The notes below the pieces were generated by a model. It was not told the origin of the DNA, did no database searches, and worked only from the letters and a program-made list of their open reading frames with translations. From positions 1-64,000 of IMG/VR virus record IMGVR_UViG_3300028832_000127: DNA of 64,000 bases, one strand, 5' to 3'. Source of the DNA: a virus. Lineage: Duplodnaviria; Caudoviricetes. The number at the start of each line of letters is the position of its first letter. Positions within the stretch are counted from its first letter, which is position 1. Both the position numbers and the translations under genes were made by a program. This document shows, in pieces, positions 9,249 through 18,311 of the stretch.

Positions 9249-10220
9249 CTATGCCTCCGCGTCGTCAGTGTCAGGCATAACATATTGCGCCATCGTCGCG
9301 TCGAAATCGTGCAGAAGCCGCCGTGCGTCGGGATATTGGGCGAAAACACGCTCCAAATCAGAGGGAAAGTTGTTGCGCAGGTAGTTAAGAAACACGGGGC
9401 TATCCACGCTCTCGCCGCTTGATGTCGCCTTTTTGAACATTCCCTCGCCATAGTCAACGTTGGTGATGAGGCTCTTGTCCTTGATGTACTTCTCTATGTC
9501 CTTGTGCTTGTAGAGGTGCAGGGGGTATGCCTTTTTAGTCTTCCAGTTGATGCCGTCGCTGTCCTTGAAACCCACCTTGTACAGCACCTGTGGGGCAAGC
9601 GGCGCGTCGTCTTTGACGTTGGCGAAGATGTCGGGCAGTTCTGCGGCGGACAGCGCATCTTTGAGGTCGCGGAACGTCGCGTCTTTCTGTGCCTTTGTCA
9701 CCGTCACCTTGTCCGCGTCTTGGTCTGCGGGGCGGTAGGTTATGACAATTTCGTTCTGCTTGTCCACGGTGATTGTAACGCCGTTTTTTTGGTAGCACGG
9801 CACGGTGTAGGTTCTAAGGAAGACGCGCCGTTGCAGGGAGTCCGCCTCCTTCATTCCGAAGAACGCCCATTGTACGCCTGTCTTCTGCCGCGCTATCTCA
9901 GTGATGTCGGCAAGGTTGAGGAGTTTTTGGTCGGGGTTGGTCTCGCAGCCAAGATAGCCGTACTTGACGTAAGAGGAAACGTTGAAGTGGGGGCATTGGA
10001 TAAAGTGCGCATTCGGGTACATAGCCTCCGCCCACCTGATGTAGCGGTTCACGCATTGCAAGTCGGGGACAACGTACATAAACACGCACACAATTTCCTT
10101 GAAGTAAGGGGCGCAAAGGTCGAGCATTACGATGCTGTCCTTGCCCGTCGCGGAATGGAATAATAAAATTTTGTCCGTCTGTTCCGCAATTCGTTTGATG
10201 CAGTCGGTAGCCTTGCTCAT
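9249..10220 (-). CDS. PAPS-reductase-like PP-loop protein
   Basis: PP-loop LFHSATGKDS, FFGMKEADSLQRR, C-terminal YPL motif; apparent ~80 aa insertion. Confidence 0.85.
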   Translation of the reverse strand: MSKATDCIKRIAEQTDKILLFHSATGKDSIVMLDLCAPYFKEIVCVFMYVVPDLQCVNRYIRWAEAMYPNAHFIQCPHFNVSSYVKYGYLGCETNPDQKLLNLADITEIARQKTGVQWAFFGMKEADSLQRRVFLRTYTVPCYQKNGVTITVDKQNEIVITYRPADQDADKVTVTKAQKDATFRDLKDALSAAELPDIFANVKDDAPLAPQVLYKVGFKDSDGINWKTKKAYPLHLYKHKDIEKYIKDKSLITNVDYGEGMFKKATSSGESVDSPVFLNYLRNNFPSDLERVFAQYPDARRLLHDFDATMAQYVMPDTDDAEA

Positions 10221-10398
10221 AATTATTGTTTGTTTTGTTTGATTTTTTCGGCTGCGAATTTAGGGGACGGCGGCAAAAATGAAAAGTCAGAGGGGCGAAA
10301 AAAGTGGGGAGCGGAACAACGCCCGCGCCCCACAATCGAGTTTGGTTTTAGGTTGGTTTGTTTGGTTTAGATGCCGTTAGCCATCAGCGAGAAAAAGA

Positions 10399-10542
10399 CT
10401 ATTTCCTGTTGCCCCTTCTCATCTGCCTTACTCGTCTGGTGTACGACGTACTCGGATTTGTGCCACGATTCGGACGCTTAACCTCCTCCTCGGCTTCGCC
10501 GTTGTCTTTTGGCGGCTCTTTCATAAGCATTTCTCTTGTCAT
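10399..10542 (-). CDS. Small basic protein (47 aa, not in track)
   Basis: MTREMLMKEPP...RRVRQMRRGNRK* between the ASCH-like and PP-loop genes. Confidence 0.5.
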   Translation of the reverse strand: MTREMLMKEPPKDNGEAEEEVKRPNRGTNPSTSYTRRVRQMRRGNRK

Positions 10543-10617
10543 AGTTGCAACATTTTTAATGATTAAACAATTTGTGGCGCGATTATGCTTTCAATCGCGC
10601 CACAAATATACATCAGG

Positions 10618-11199
10618 CTAAGTTGTGAGAAAAGTCGCACGCTGTTTTTGCTGCCTTTTTTTTGCCGTTTCGTATTCTTTTATCTTGGCGACGGCGACAT
10701 CAGCGGGTATTTCGTACCCTTCGGGGATAGCGTGAGTATAGACCTCCACCCCCTTGGGGAGTACCGACAAGTCGAGGTTTGTGTCTATGACTTCTAACAC
10801 AGGCAGGGCGAACATCCAGTGCGCCTTATTCTCAGGGATACGCTTCGGCACTCTGTTTATGTCCTCGTCATACTCATAATGCCCGTATTTGTGCAAGTAC
10901 GGCAACGAGTTGGCGTGAAAAGTGAACGTATCCACATATTCAATGCCTATGTCAAGAAACCAACGGTTGCCGTAGTCGTGGAAGTGTACGCACCGAATGT
11001 CCTTCGGCACGAAATAGTCGGGGTCGTGTCGGTCTGCATACCGCCATTTTTTTAAAAACTTTGCGCAATACAGCGGTATTGGACGCCTGAACTCCAATTT
11101 CTTTTTGCCCGTCAGGATTGGATATGCGAACTCTTTTCGCATAATCAGGTCAAACGCCTCGCCATATTGTCCAAAACAATCTTTTATTATTGTTGGCAT
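10618..11199 (-). CDS. ASCH/PUA-like domain protein
   Basis: LIMRKEFAYPILTGKKKLEFR matches the ASCH G-x-K-x-x-E-x-R pattern. Confidence 0.7.
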   Translation of the reverse strand: MPTIIKDCFGQYGEAFDLIMRKEFAYPILTGKKKLEFRRPIPLYCAKFLKKWRYADRHDPDYFVPKDIRCVHFHDYGNRWFLDIGIEYVDTFTFHANSLPYLHKYGHYEYDEDINRVPKRIPENKAHWMFALPVLEVIDTNLDLSVLPKGVEVYTHAIPEGYEIPADVAVAKIKEYETAKKRQQKQRATFLTT

Positions 11200-11333
11200 A
11201 TTATTATGGTTTTGTTTAACTTATTAATTGCAAAGATATGATATTATTTTTGATTGTGCAAACATTTTTCAAATTATTTTTAAGCGGTTTTAATGCCATC
11301 GTTTCAGCATCAAAACCGCCTTTTTACGCGCAC

Positions 11334-11657
11334 TTATGCCGCAACAAGATTGATGCGTTTGAAGCATCGCCAGCCTTGCTGTTTAACGTCAAAATATCTC
11401 TGTACGTTATAGTCAATATCGCCCGCATTGCGGCTTTTTTCGGGCAGCATCGAGGGTTTGAGCGTACCCACAGCCACCTTGACCGTACCGTCCACCTTGA
11501 CGAAGGTGAACTTGCATATTGTCCTTTTGAGAGCGTCGGCGAGTTTGACGTTAGCCCAAGCCATCGCCATAGCCTCGCTTTTTGTCATATTGCCCTGCAC
11601 CATCAGGCTGTGCATCATCTTGCAAACAACCGCCCTTGTTTCTTTTGTCGTTTTCAT
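11334..11657 (-). CDS. SH3 beta-barrel (WYL_2/DUF2693-like) protein
   Basis: FTFVKVDGTVKVAVGTL...YFDVKQQGWRCFK. Confidence 0.75.
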   Translation of the reverse strand: MKTTKETRAVVCKMMHSLMVQGNMTKSEAMAMAWANVKLADALKRTICKFTFVKVDGTVKVAVGTLKPSMLPEKSRNAGDIDYNVQRYFDVKQQGWRCFKRINLVAA

Positions 11658-11659
11658 TG

Positions 11660-11760
11660 CTTTAAGTTTTAAAAGTTAGTGTTTTTGTTTATTGTCTGTT
11701 TTCATTTTGTTTAACGATGCAAAGTTATAAAATGTTTCATAAATCACAAAATATTTTTGC
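11660..11760 (-). promoter_or_regulatory. Short variant of the repeated promoter, inverted (copy F)
   Basis: Minus strand TTTATGAAACATTTTATAACTTTG...AAAAACACTAACTTTTAAAAC. Confidence 0.8.
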
Positions 11761-11881
11761 ACTTTTTTGAAATATAATGCAAAACATTAATTTACAATGC
11801 TTTATTTACTCTAAAATAAACGTAACTTTATACAAAAAAAAACAAGTATTAAATTTGCAAAATTTAAATCAATAATAAATT

Positions 11882-12583
11882 ATGGCAGACAACACACAAA
11901 GAACACCACACGAACAATACGCCACGAAGCCGCGTTCACGTGAGGAACGCAAAAGGATAAGGAAAAAACTGCGTGAATACAAGGAGGCTTGGTCTTATGT
12001 CAAGCAAGTCAGAGCCGCCGCCCCCGAAATGCAAGCAAAGTGTGAAAGCATAGCAAAGGAATTGGGGGTTGACGTTTCGCCTATTAATTTCAAGTCCTTA
12101 AACAGCGCACTCCGCAAAATGAAAGCCGACACCAAGGAGAACGCGGAAAAGGAACAGCCAGCCGTAACCATACGCGACATAAAAGACCTTGCTCGTAATA
12201 CCTTTATTTGCGACGAAAGTCAACGCGAAGCGGTAATTGAAGCGTTAAACAAAAACTTTAAAGTTACAAGGGAGAAGAAGCAAGAGCCTGAAAATTTTAT
12301 CGGCTATCAGGGATATATTGCGAATGTCAACGTAGGGGGACACACGATGGAAATACAAGTGGTGACGCCGCAAATGTTTTACGCCAAGATGCCAGTAGAG
12401 GACAGCCGCGCCATCCTGCCCGAAAGGATATTCAACAAACTCCAAGCCACGGGATTCCCTGCGGGATTAGGGCATAAATACTATGAGGAGCATCGCGTAT
12501 TAAAGGCAACCTCCCGAAAGGCAAAGAAAATAGAGCAACAATCCCGTGAATACTACGAAAAAGCGCGGCAACTGAAAATTTAG
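11882..12583 (+). CDS. Stand-alone RelA/SpoT-like nucleotidyltransferase (small alarmone synthetase-like)
   Basis: KSLNSALRK, IKDLARNT, GYQGY, MEIQVVT and HKYYE appear in the order of the RelA_SpoT synthetase motifs; own -7 box TAAATTTG. Confidence 0.75.
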   Translation: MADNTQRTPHEQYATKPRSREERKRIRKKLREYKEAWSYVKQVRAAAPEMQAKCESIAKELGVDVSPINFKSLNSALRKMKADTKENAEKEQPAVTIRDIKDLARNTFICDESQREAVIEALNKNFKVTREKKQEPENFIGYQGYIANVNVGGHTMEIQVVTPQMFYAKMPVEDSRAILPERIFNKLQATGFPAGLGHKYYEEHRVLKATSRKAKKIEQQSREYYEKARQLKI

Positions 12584-12864
12584 TCGTCGTACAGACTGCT
12601 GGCTATTCTGTCCTGCTCGCGTTTCGACAACTTAGCCCACCGCCCCGTTATCGTCAAATCATCAACGGGGTGGTTTTTCAATTCGTCTGCCGTTGGCTTG
12701 TAATTGTCCGCCACAAACTTGATTATTTCGTGAAACTCGTCCACGGTTACGCCCAGCCCTTGTCTGCACATCTGACTGATGTCGCCGCCGTTTTTTTCGT
12801 GGCTGGCAACATTAATCCAATATGCAGGATGGGGGGTAATTTCGGATATTGAAGTGTATTTCAT
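12580..12864 (-). CDS. Hypothetical protein convergent on the RelA-like gene
   Basis: 94 aa ORF; stop codons overlap by 4 nt. Confidence 0.7.
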   Translation of the reverse strand: MKYTSISEITPHPAYWINVASHEKNGGDISQMCRQGLGVTVDEFHEIIKFVADNYKPTADELKNHPVDDLTITGRWAKLSKREQDRIASSLYDD

Positions 12865-12948
12865 AATATTTGATTTTTTAGTATCACAAAATTACATTTT
12901 TTTTCTGATATAACAATATTTAGATGCCATCATAAACGTTAATTTTTG

Positions 12949-13233
12949 TTAACCGTAAACAAACCGCCGCCGCAGGTCGGCTATCAGTTCTTTGTACGAT
13001 GTATTGTAGAGCCGTTTCATAGTCAGAAAATCCACGCCCTTGCAATATCGTAACAACGCCTCGATGTCTTGCACCATTTGGGCTGATGCTTTTTTGATGC
13101 CGCCCTTGCGCACCCATTGCTTGCAGAAGGCGTCCTTGTCGAGGTCTGATGCCATATATTGCCGCTCGATTTGGCGGTATATTTTGTCGGTGGGTACAAA
13201 CCCCGTCCGCGCTGTAAACTCTGATTTTAACAT
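12949..13233 (-). CDS. Hypothetical phage protein
   Basis: EFTARTG...IERQYMASDLDKDAFCKQW resembles a common gut-phage small protein. Confidence 0.7.
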   Translation of the reverse strand: MLKSEFTARTGFVPTDKIYRQIERQYMASDLDKDAFCKQWVRKGGIKKASAQMVQDIEALLRYCKGVDFLTMKRLYNTSYKELIADLRRRFVYG

Positions 13234-13285
13234 AATTTTTGCGGTTTTTATGGCGGTTTGATGCTATCGCCCCGCCTGTTAATAT

Positions 13286-13585
13286 TTAGTCTTCGTTTTG
13301 GCTGTTTATAAAGTCCGCCAATGCAGCCAAATCGCGGTGTTTCAGGAGTTCGTCGCGCAATTTCGGCACGGCGTTTTTAACGTCCGCGATTGTCATTTGG
13401 CGTTGGTCGGTGGTGTTTTTGATGTTGCCGTCGTTGTCAACGGTGACTTGCAGAAAACTGCCGCCAAATCGGTCTGTTTCAAAGGTGAAGAAACAAAATC
13501 CGTAGGGGGTGTCGCTTTTGTGCCAAAGGACTTGCGCATCGTGCGCAATACCTGTAAGGATAAGCAAAACTGCATATTGTTTCAT
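13286..13585 (-). CDS. Hypothetical protein
   Basis: 99 aa ORF in the leftward cassette. Confidence 0.7.
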   Translation of the reverse strand: MKQYAVLLILTGIAHDAQVLWHKSDTPYGFCFFTFETDRFGGSFLQVTVDNDGNIKNTTDQRQMTIADVKNAVPKLRDELLKHRDLAALADFINSQNED

Positions 13586-13605
13586 AGTCGTATGGTGTTA
13601 AATGA

Positions 13606-14103
13606 TTAATCAAACTCGCCGTGCAAAAATTCACAACTTACCGTCAACGTTGACTCGCTGTAATTTTTAGGGTACTCCCTAAACCACAGCCAACCGTTGT
13701 AAACCTCGCATTCGTGCTGTATCATATTAGCGTAGTCGTAATCTGTCAAGTTAGCCTCCAAAACGCCCTCCGCCTTATATTTGGGATTTTGGCTCAGGGT
13801 GTAAGTAACAGGGCTCAGGGTGCGCTTAGCGTTTTCAAACGCCTCCATATATGCTTTTTCGTTGTCATAATACACCGTTTGGGACAGCGTGCCGTTTTCA
13901 CGTACACAATAGGTGGGGTGGCTGTCGGAGTACCACTCAATTTTGTTTTGCTTTACATAGTCCTCAGACACAACCCTGATGCCGTATGTGCCATAAGGCA
14001 GGGGGTAAACTTTTTTGGGGACTTTGCAAGCCTCTTTGTACGTGTTTGCATCAATCTCAAACATTATGTAAACATAGTTGCAAGTTGCAAAATATTTTTT
14101 CAT
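13606..14103 (-). CDS. Hypothetical protein, first gene after inverted promoter copy E
   Basis: 165 aa ORF with ATG directly after the repeat leader. Confidence 0.75.
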   Translation of the reverse strand: MKKYFATCNYVYIMFEIDANTYKEACKVPKKVYPLPYGTYGIRVVSEDYVKQNKIEWYSDSHPTYCVRENGTLSQTVYYDNEKAYMEAFENAKRTLSPVTYTLSQNPKYKAEGVLEANLTDYDYANMIQHECEVYNGWLWFREYPKNYSESTLTVSCEFLHGEFD

Positions 14104-14190
14104 TTTAGTAGTGTTTTTAAAGTTAGTTACTTTGTTTGTTGTTTGTACTTTATTAAACGCAAAATTATTAAAAATGTTTCATAAAACACA
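14101..14190 (-). repeat. Repeated promoter cassette, inverted partial copy E
   Basis: Reverse complement of the 3' ~85 bp of copies A, B and D. Confidence 0.92.
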
Positions 14191-14368
14191 AACTTTTTTC
14201 AAACTTTTTTTTAAAATATTTTTCAAATGCCTAAAAATAAGCAATTTACAAAGACATTTTTTTTAAATATTTTTTTTGATTGATTGATATTTATATAAAT
14301 CTTACATCTATATATATATGAATGTTTCAGGGTGCAAATTTTCTTTTGTATGCCTGTTTTTCTTTGAT

Positions 14369-14645
14369 TTTAGGCATTTATAAAAGATTGTTGATTATTG
14401 CATCAATACAGACAAAAAACACCCCTAAAATCGAAAATCTTAAAACATCATTATATATATGTAAGTCAAAAACAAAGAAAATATAAAATATTTTCAAAAT
14501 TTTTATCTTTATAAAACACTGATTTTAAACAAGTTGAAAAATATTTTGTAAAAATCTACAAAAATATTTTTGATTTTATGAAACACTTTTAATAATTTTG
14601 CGTTTAAATAAGTACAAACAAAACAAAAACACTAACTTTTAAAAT
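14369..14645 (+). repeat. Repeated promoter cassette, copy C (divergent from E)
   Basis: Near-identical to copies B and D. Confidence 0.95.
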
Positions 14646-14660
14646 TTGGAGGGCTGAAAA

Positions 14661-14852
14661 ATGAAAACGACATTAGAAAAAATATTCAAAGACTACAACA
14701 AAACCATCCGCCATCTTGGGTACAGCGACACTTGGGTGGTAAAGATAGAAGGCGTGCTGAAAACCGACACCATAATGGAGTTGGTAGCCGAGGGTTATCA
14801 GTTTGAAGTAGAGCCACAAGGCGATCGCCGTCTTAACGTAAAAATTGTCTAA
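14661..14852 (+). CDS. Hypothetical protein
   Basis: 63 aa ORF after copy C. Confidence 0.7.
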   Translation: MKTTLEKIFKDYNKTIRHLGYSDTWVVKIEGVLKTDTIMELVAEGYQFEVEPQGDRRLNVKIV

Positions 14853-14873
14853 CATTCAAAAAACGCAAAGAAA

Positions 14874-15332
14874 ATGAAAACAGACGACGCAACATACATT
14901 AAGTCAAACACGGTGGTGGCGGTTGCCCTCTCCAAATTCTCAAAAAAAGAATTTCAGGCTGTCCTGAACTCCAACGAAACAGCCGCCAACCGCCAAAAAA
15001 CGGCGCAATCACTTTGCGACTACCTTTGCGGCAAATTCAAAATGCCGCGTGTTTCGGTGGTCGTAACAGACAGGGCGCAGCCTCATTCTACAAACAGCCG
15101 AGGCAGCCTGCACTCAAAGACGCTCGGCAATTACGCCCCTTTGTCTATGGTGATAACGCTGTTTAACAAAACCGCCGTAAAACGGCAAATTGTGGCGATA
15201 AAGACACTTGCAGACACTTTGCTGCACGAATTTATCCACCACTACGACTACACCCGCCTGAATTTGGGCGCATCGCCGCACACGGCGGGATTTTACCGCC
15301 GTATCGGAGACCTGAAAACGAAATTAAGTTAA
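14874..15332 (+). CDS. SprT-like zincin metalloprotease
   Basis: TLLHEFIHHYDY followed by HTAGFY. Confidence 0.7.
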   Translation: MKTDDATYIKSNTVVAVALSKFSKKEFQAVLNSNETAANRQKTAQSLCDYLCGKFKMPRVSVVVTDRAQPHSTNSRGSLHSKTLGNYAPLSMVITLFNKTAVKRQIVAIKTLADTLLHEFIHHYDYTRLNLGASPHTAGFYRRIGDLKTKLS

Positions 15333-15351
15333 ACATTCAAAACACAACATT

Positions 15352-15588
15352 ATGACCGTACAACAAATCATCGACGCCCTCAGTCAGTTTGACCCTGACA
15401 CCGAGGTAATGACCGCCGCACCGTCCCACGACTATTGGGGCACGGTAACCGCCAACAAGGTCGGCACAATCGACACCGCCAACGTAACGTACAGCGACTA
15501 CCACAACACTCACAAGGTCGTGGACGACGAAAAAATTTACAATTACGACGGCGACGAAGTAAAAGAAGTCGTATTACTCTCAATGTAG
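15352..15588 (+). CDS. Small acidic hypothetical protein
   Basis: 78 aa ORF followed by a G/C hairpin. Confidence 0.7.
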   Translation: MTVQQIIDALSQFDPDTEVMTAAPSHDYWGTVTANKVGTIDTANVTYSDYHNTHKVVDDEKIYNYDGDEVKEVVLLSM

Positions 15589-15635
15589 ACCACGGGGGGG
15601 ACGGCAATCCCCCCCCCACTAAAAACCGCTAAATT

Positions 15636-15878
15636 ATGGCACAAAAAAGCATTGTTAACAAAGTAATTTTGTGGTGCTACAACTATTCACGCCCCGAAGA
15701 TTTTATCGCAGAAATCGAGCCAAGGGGCAGCGTGATGTACGCCCACTACCTCAACAAGTGGACGGCAATCGCCCACCGTTATTCAGGAGCGGACGTTTTC
15801 TGCCGTTTCTATCTTGAACTCGACATCGAACACCGCGAAAAATTCGATAAGTTTTTAACAGAAAAATACAAAGGATAA
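15636..15878 (+). CDS. Hypothetical protein
   Basis: 80 aa ORF. Confidence 0.7.
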   Translation: MAQKSIVNKVILWCYNYSRPEDFIAEIEPRGSVMYAHYLNKWTAIAHRYSGADVFCRFYLELDIEHREKFDKFLTEKYKG

Positions 15879-16081
15879 TGGCAACAATGACTAAAAACGG
15901 CGTTTCTACCTGCAACGCCAACGGCACGGAGAAATACGAAAAATTTTCTACCCACAGCCGCAAAACACCCACCGCATATCACTACGACTACCGCACGTCT
16001 GACGGCGAACTCTTCTCAATCGTCCGTCCCACCCTTGCGGAGTGCCGCGCCGAAAGGGACAAGTGGCTTGCAAACAGGTAA
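15878..16081 (+). CDS. DUF3873-like protein
   Basis: NGVSTC...GTEKYEKF...YDYRTSDGELFSIVRPTLAECRAERDKWL, recognised from Bacteroides elements. Confidence 0.7.
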   Translation: MATMTKNGVSTCNANGTEKYEKFSTHSRKTPTAYHYDYRTSDGELFSIVRPTLAECRAERDKWLANR

Positions 16082-16128
16082 CAGACAGACAAACAAAGGG
16101 ACACCGCAGCAATGTGATGCCCCTTGTT

Positions 16129-16374
16129 TTACAATTTTATTCCTTGTTTTTCGACCCATAGGCGCAATGCCGCCTCTATCACTTCCGACTTGTTGGGTTG
16201 CATCTGCATAAATGCGTACAAGTCGGGGGACAGCCGTGCCGCCACGGTCTTTTTTGCGCCTGCGAATTGCGATTTTCGACCCGCGCCGCGCCTATATCCG
16301 CCCCATCCGTTGTTCTTGGGTTTTTCCGCCTGAGCGGGTGCCTCGGTTGCTGTGATGTTGTCCTTTTCTTCCAT
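16129..16374 (-). CDS. Ribbon-helix-helix-like DNA-binding protein
   Basis: GGYRRGAGRK then TVAARLSPDL...KSEVIEAAL. Confidence 0.65.
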   Translation of the reverse strand: MEEKDNITATEAPAQAEKPKNNGWGGYRRGAGRKSQFAGAKKTVAARLSPDLYAFMQMQPNKSEVIEAALRLWVEKQGIKL

Positions 16375-16416
16375 AGTATTAAAATTTGGGTGCAAAGTTA
16401 ATAATTTGATTTAATT

Positions 16417-17148
16417 TTACAAATTCAAACCGTAAATTCGGCATATTTCCGCCTTGACCGTCTCGCTCTGTATCTGCGCCGCCCTTGCCCTGCGCTCGCT
16501 GGTGTCCTTCACCCTTGCAAACGCCCTTTTGACGGACAGCAACTCCCTCGCCTCATCGTCCGTCATTCCTTGGATTTGGAACGGCTTTTTTGTCGGTGTC
16601 TGCGTCGCCACGGTCTGCATCATAGGCAGTTCAGGCTCGGCTGTCTGTGTCGCCGAGATAGCCGCCCTTGCCTCCGTGGTAGGTGCGGGAATGGGTGTCG
16701 GTTCGGCAATTTCGTTGACGGGCTGTTTTGCTTTGTCGGCACGGTCTTTTTGGAACAAAAAACACTTGTACCAATACGCCGCATCGTGACCATCCACCTT
16801 GTCGGTAGTCGCCGCCTTATCTTCCTGACGCTTGATTATGTAGGCTACAATGAGGGTGTAAGTGGTGTAAATGCCGAAATACACGCCCACCACGGTCTTG
16901 AAGTTCTCGCCGTGTACGCTCAAATGGGAATACACGGCGAAACCGTCCAAAATCGCAAAACACACCGCCGTAAAAGCCGACTGCAACTTGAACAATGAGA
17001 GGGTGGAGATGAGGCTGTATGTCAGCGCGAAAAAGACCATAAGGGCGGTCATTCCACGCGACACCTCCGCGCTCGCCTCTATCATCAGGCTTGCATTTGT
17101 GTATAAAAGGTTAGCACATAAGGCGATTAAAATTATTTTTAGTATCAT
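16417..17148 (-). CDS. Membrane protein with four N-terminal hydrophobic helices and a soluble C-terminus
   Basis: Start moved to MILKIILIAL; hydrophobic stretches over the first ~110 aa. Confidence 0.65.
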   Translation of the reverse strand: MILKIILIALCANLLYTNASLMIEASAEVSRGMTALMVFFALTYSLISTLSLFKLQSAFTAVCFAILDGFAVYSHLSVHGENFKTVVGVYFGIYTTYTLIVAYIIKRQEDKAATTDKVDGHDAAYWYKCFLFQKDRADKAKQPVNEIAEPTPIPAPTTEARAAISATQTAEPELPMMQTVATQTPTKKPFQIQGMTDDEARELLSVKRAFARVKDTSERRARAAQIQSETVKAEICRIYGLNL

Positions 17149-17159
17149 TTTTCCATTTT

Positions 17160-17954
17160 TTAAAATAATTCCAATACATATTGACCGTGTTTGTCGGTCT
17201 TTGTTGTGGTCTTTGGTTGTGCAGTTGATTTCACAACCACCGCCGTGTAGGGGTAACTTCCGTCCCCTATTTGGCGGTAAAAGTGCGCACAATTGAAGAT
17301 GTAGGCAGGTGTGAACCACGCCTCGGTGTATTTCAACATCAGCGCGTCGCCCTTTCGCACCACGGCAGGAACGCCAAGCACTGATAAGACAAGATACGTC
17401 ATGTGTACGCATCGGCTGTCTATGTCGCCACAATCAACGAAGATGTTATGGGCGTAGTTTATCCGCAGTTGCATCAGTTTTTCGATTGCGGCGATAATAA
17501 GACCGCCCGCGCCGCAGGTCGGCTCGTAGAGAGTGAACACGGCATCGGGGTTTCCGTTTAGTTTCGCCCTCACCTCGTCCTCACGCACCGCCATCTGCGC
17601 CGTAACCTTTGACACGGTGTAGGGCGTGAAGTACTGCCCCATTCGGGAGTTGGAAGTGCCGCTCTCCATATAGAGTTCGCCGCACCAATCGCACAACTCG
17701 CCCGCGTCCATTGATGCCTTGATGTCGTCCATCAAAAGACCAAGAGCCACCGTAAACTTGTGGAATTGCTCATCTGTGTACTTTTTGCGTGTGTTTTCGT
17801 ACCGCTCCTCATACACTTGCCGCGTTTTGCCGAGGTGTACGGCGTTGCGGAAACTGATTGCGGACAACTCGAAAAAGTCGGCAATCACCGTGTAGAAGTC
17901 GCGGTCGGTGAAACTCTCGAAGATACGCCTTATATCTCGCTTGTGATTGAACAT
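17160..17954 (-). CDS. N6-adenine DNA methyltransferase-like protein (HsdM-type, short)
   Basis: GQYFTP, YEPTCGAGGL and GDID; no NPPY/F motif visible. Confidence 0.8.
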   Translation of the reverse strand: MFNHKRDIRRIFESFTDRDFYTVIADFFELSAISFRNAVHLGKTRQVYEERYENTRKKYTDEQFHKFTVALGLLMDDIKASMDAGELCDWCGELYMESGTSNSRMGQYFTPYTVSKVTAQMAVREDEVRAKLNGNPDAVFTLYEPTCGAGGLIIAAIEKLMQLRINYAHNIFVDCGDIDSRCVHMTYLVLSVLGVPAVVRKGDALMLKYTEAWFTPAYIFNCAHFYRQIGDGSYPYTAVVVKSTAQPKTTTKTDKHGQYVLELF

Positions 17955-17978
17955 TTTTCATTTCTTTGGGTGGGTATA

Positions 17979-18311
17979 TCAGAACAGGCGGAACTCAAAC
18001 GGCTCGCCCTTATTGCCTTTCATTTCGTTGATGTCGGACTTGATTACGTCCAACTTCCAACTATTCTCGCGTACTTGGTTTTTTATAGTGTCAGAATTAC
18101 ACTCAATAGCCTCAACCTTGACCGTGAGGGTGTCAATCTTGCGCTCCACGATGCCGAGGTGCGCCGTTAAAGTGTCAATTTTACACTCAATAGCGTTAAT
18201 CCTTTCGTCAAAGTACGCCTTGCTAACGCTGCCGCTGCAAAGGTCTATGACGAAGTTGGCGGCGACGGCGATAATCACCACCGCCACCACAATTCCAATT
18301 ATTCCTTTCAT
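17979..18311 (-). CDS. Membrane-anchored coiled-coil protein
   Basis: N-terminal hydrophobic helix, then repeated (E/R)KIDTLT and AIEC heptads. Confidence 0.6.
   Translation of the reverse strand: MKGIIGIVVAVVIIAVAANFVIDLCSGSVSKAYFDERINAIECKIDTLTAHLGIVERKIDTLTVKVEAIECNSDTIKNQVRENSWKLDVIKSDINEMKGNKGEPFEFRLF

Noticed and set aside
9564-9806. Third intein in the PP-loop gene
   Set aside because: No N-terminal Cys/Ser block, no TxxH and no terminal His-Asn; kept only as a domain insertion.
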